DNA of 63,958 bases, counting the filler, from Octopus bimaculoides (lineage: Eukaryota): NCBI RefSeq assembly GCF_001194135.2. It is 5 parts of 5 records of this genome, joined end to end, with 100 filler letters (N's around TTAATTAATTAA, not from the genome) between each part and the next. Parts side by side here need not be neighbours in the genome. Positions count along the whole stretch, not along the records: positions 59,180 to 63,958 come from NC_068987.1; 4 more parts are not named here. One strand, written 5' to 3'. The notes below the pieces were generated by a model. That model searched no databases. It saw nothing but the letters and a program-made list of their open reading frames with translations, and was not told the origin of the DNA. This document shows, in pieces, positions 63,920 to 63,958 of this stretch; the first letter of the stretch is position 1; each line of letters begins with the position of its first letter. The translations under genes were made by a program, and so were the position numbers.

Positions 63920-63958
<39 letters not shown>

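Overview
This is AT-rich, microsatellite-saturated eukaryotic DNA from a gapped draft assembly. The repeat families look like Octopus (coleoid cephalopod); this is inferred from memory of those families, not from a search. I found no intact host gene, rRNA, true tRNA gene or CRISPR array, and nearly all listed ORFs are artefacts of N gaps or simple repeats. The window is a graveyard of mobile elements. It holds four tRNA-derived SINE families (labelled A-D here), four R4/Dong-type RLE-LINE remnants, an L1/Tx1 reverse transcriptase (RT) fragment, several Penelope-like element (PLE) pieces including a Naiad-type RT and endonuclease, Tc1/mariner remnants, Helitron-like elements and many foldback MITEs. 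The most notable observations are: (i) a hATm-like transposase whose frame is restored across a 600-nt GT-AG intron; (ii) a PLE GIY-YIG 3' end fused to a tRNA-like module; (iii) a minimal hammerhead ribozyme and a second degenerate one; (iv) a Naiad-type endonuclease enclosed by ~280-bp inverted repeats; (v) a MITE with a telomere-repeat palindrome; (vi) a SINE family carrying an internal microsatellite. All protein-family calls come from motif recognition by eye and need HMM or Repbase confirmation. I cannot claim a new biological system from this sequence alone.
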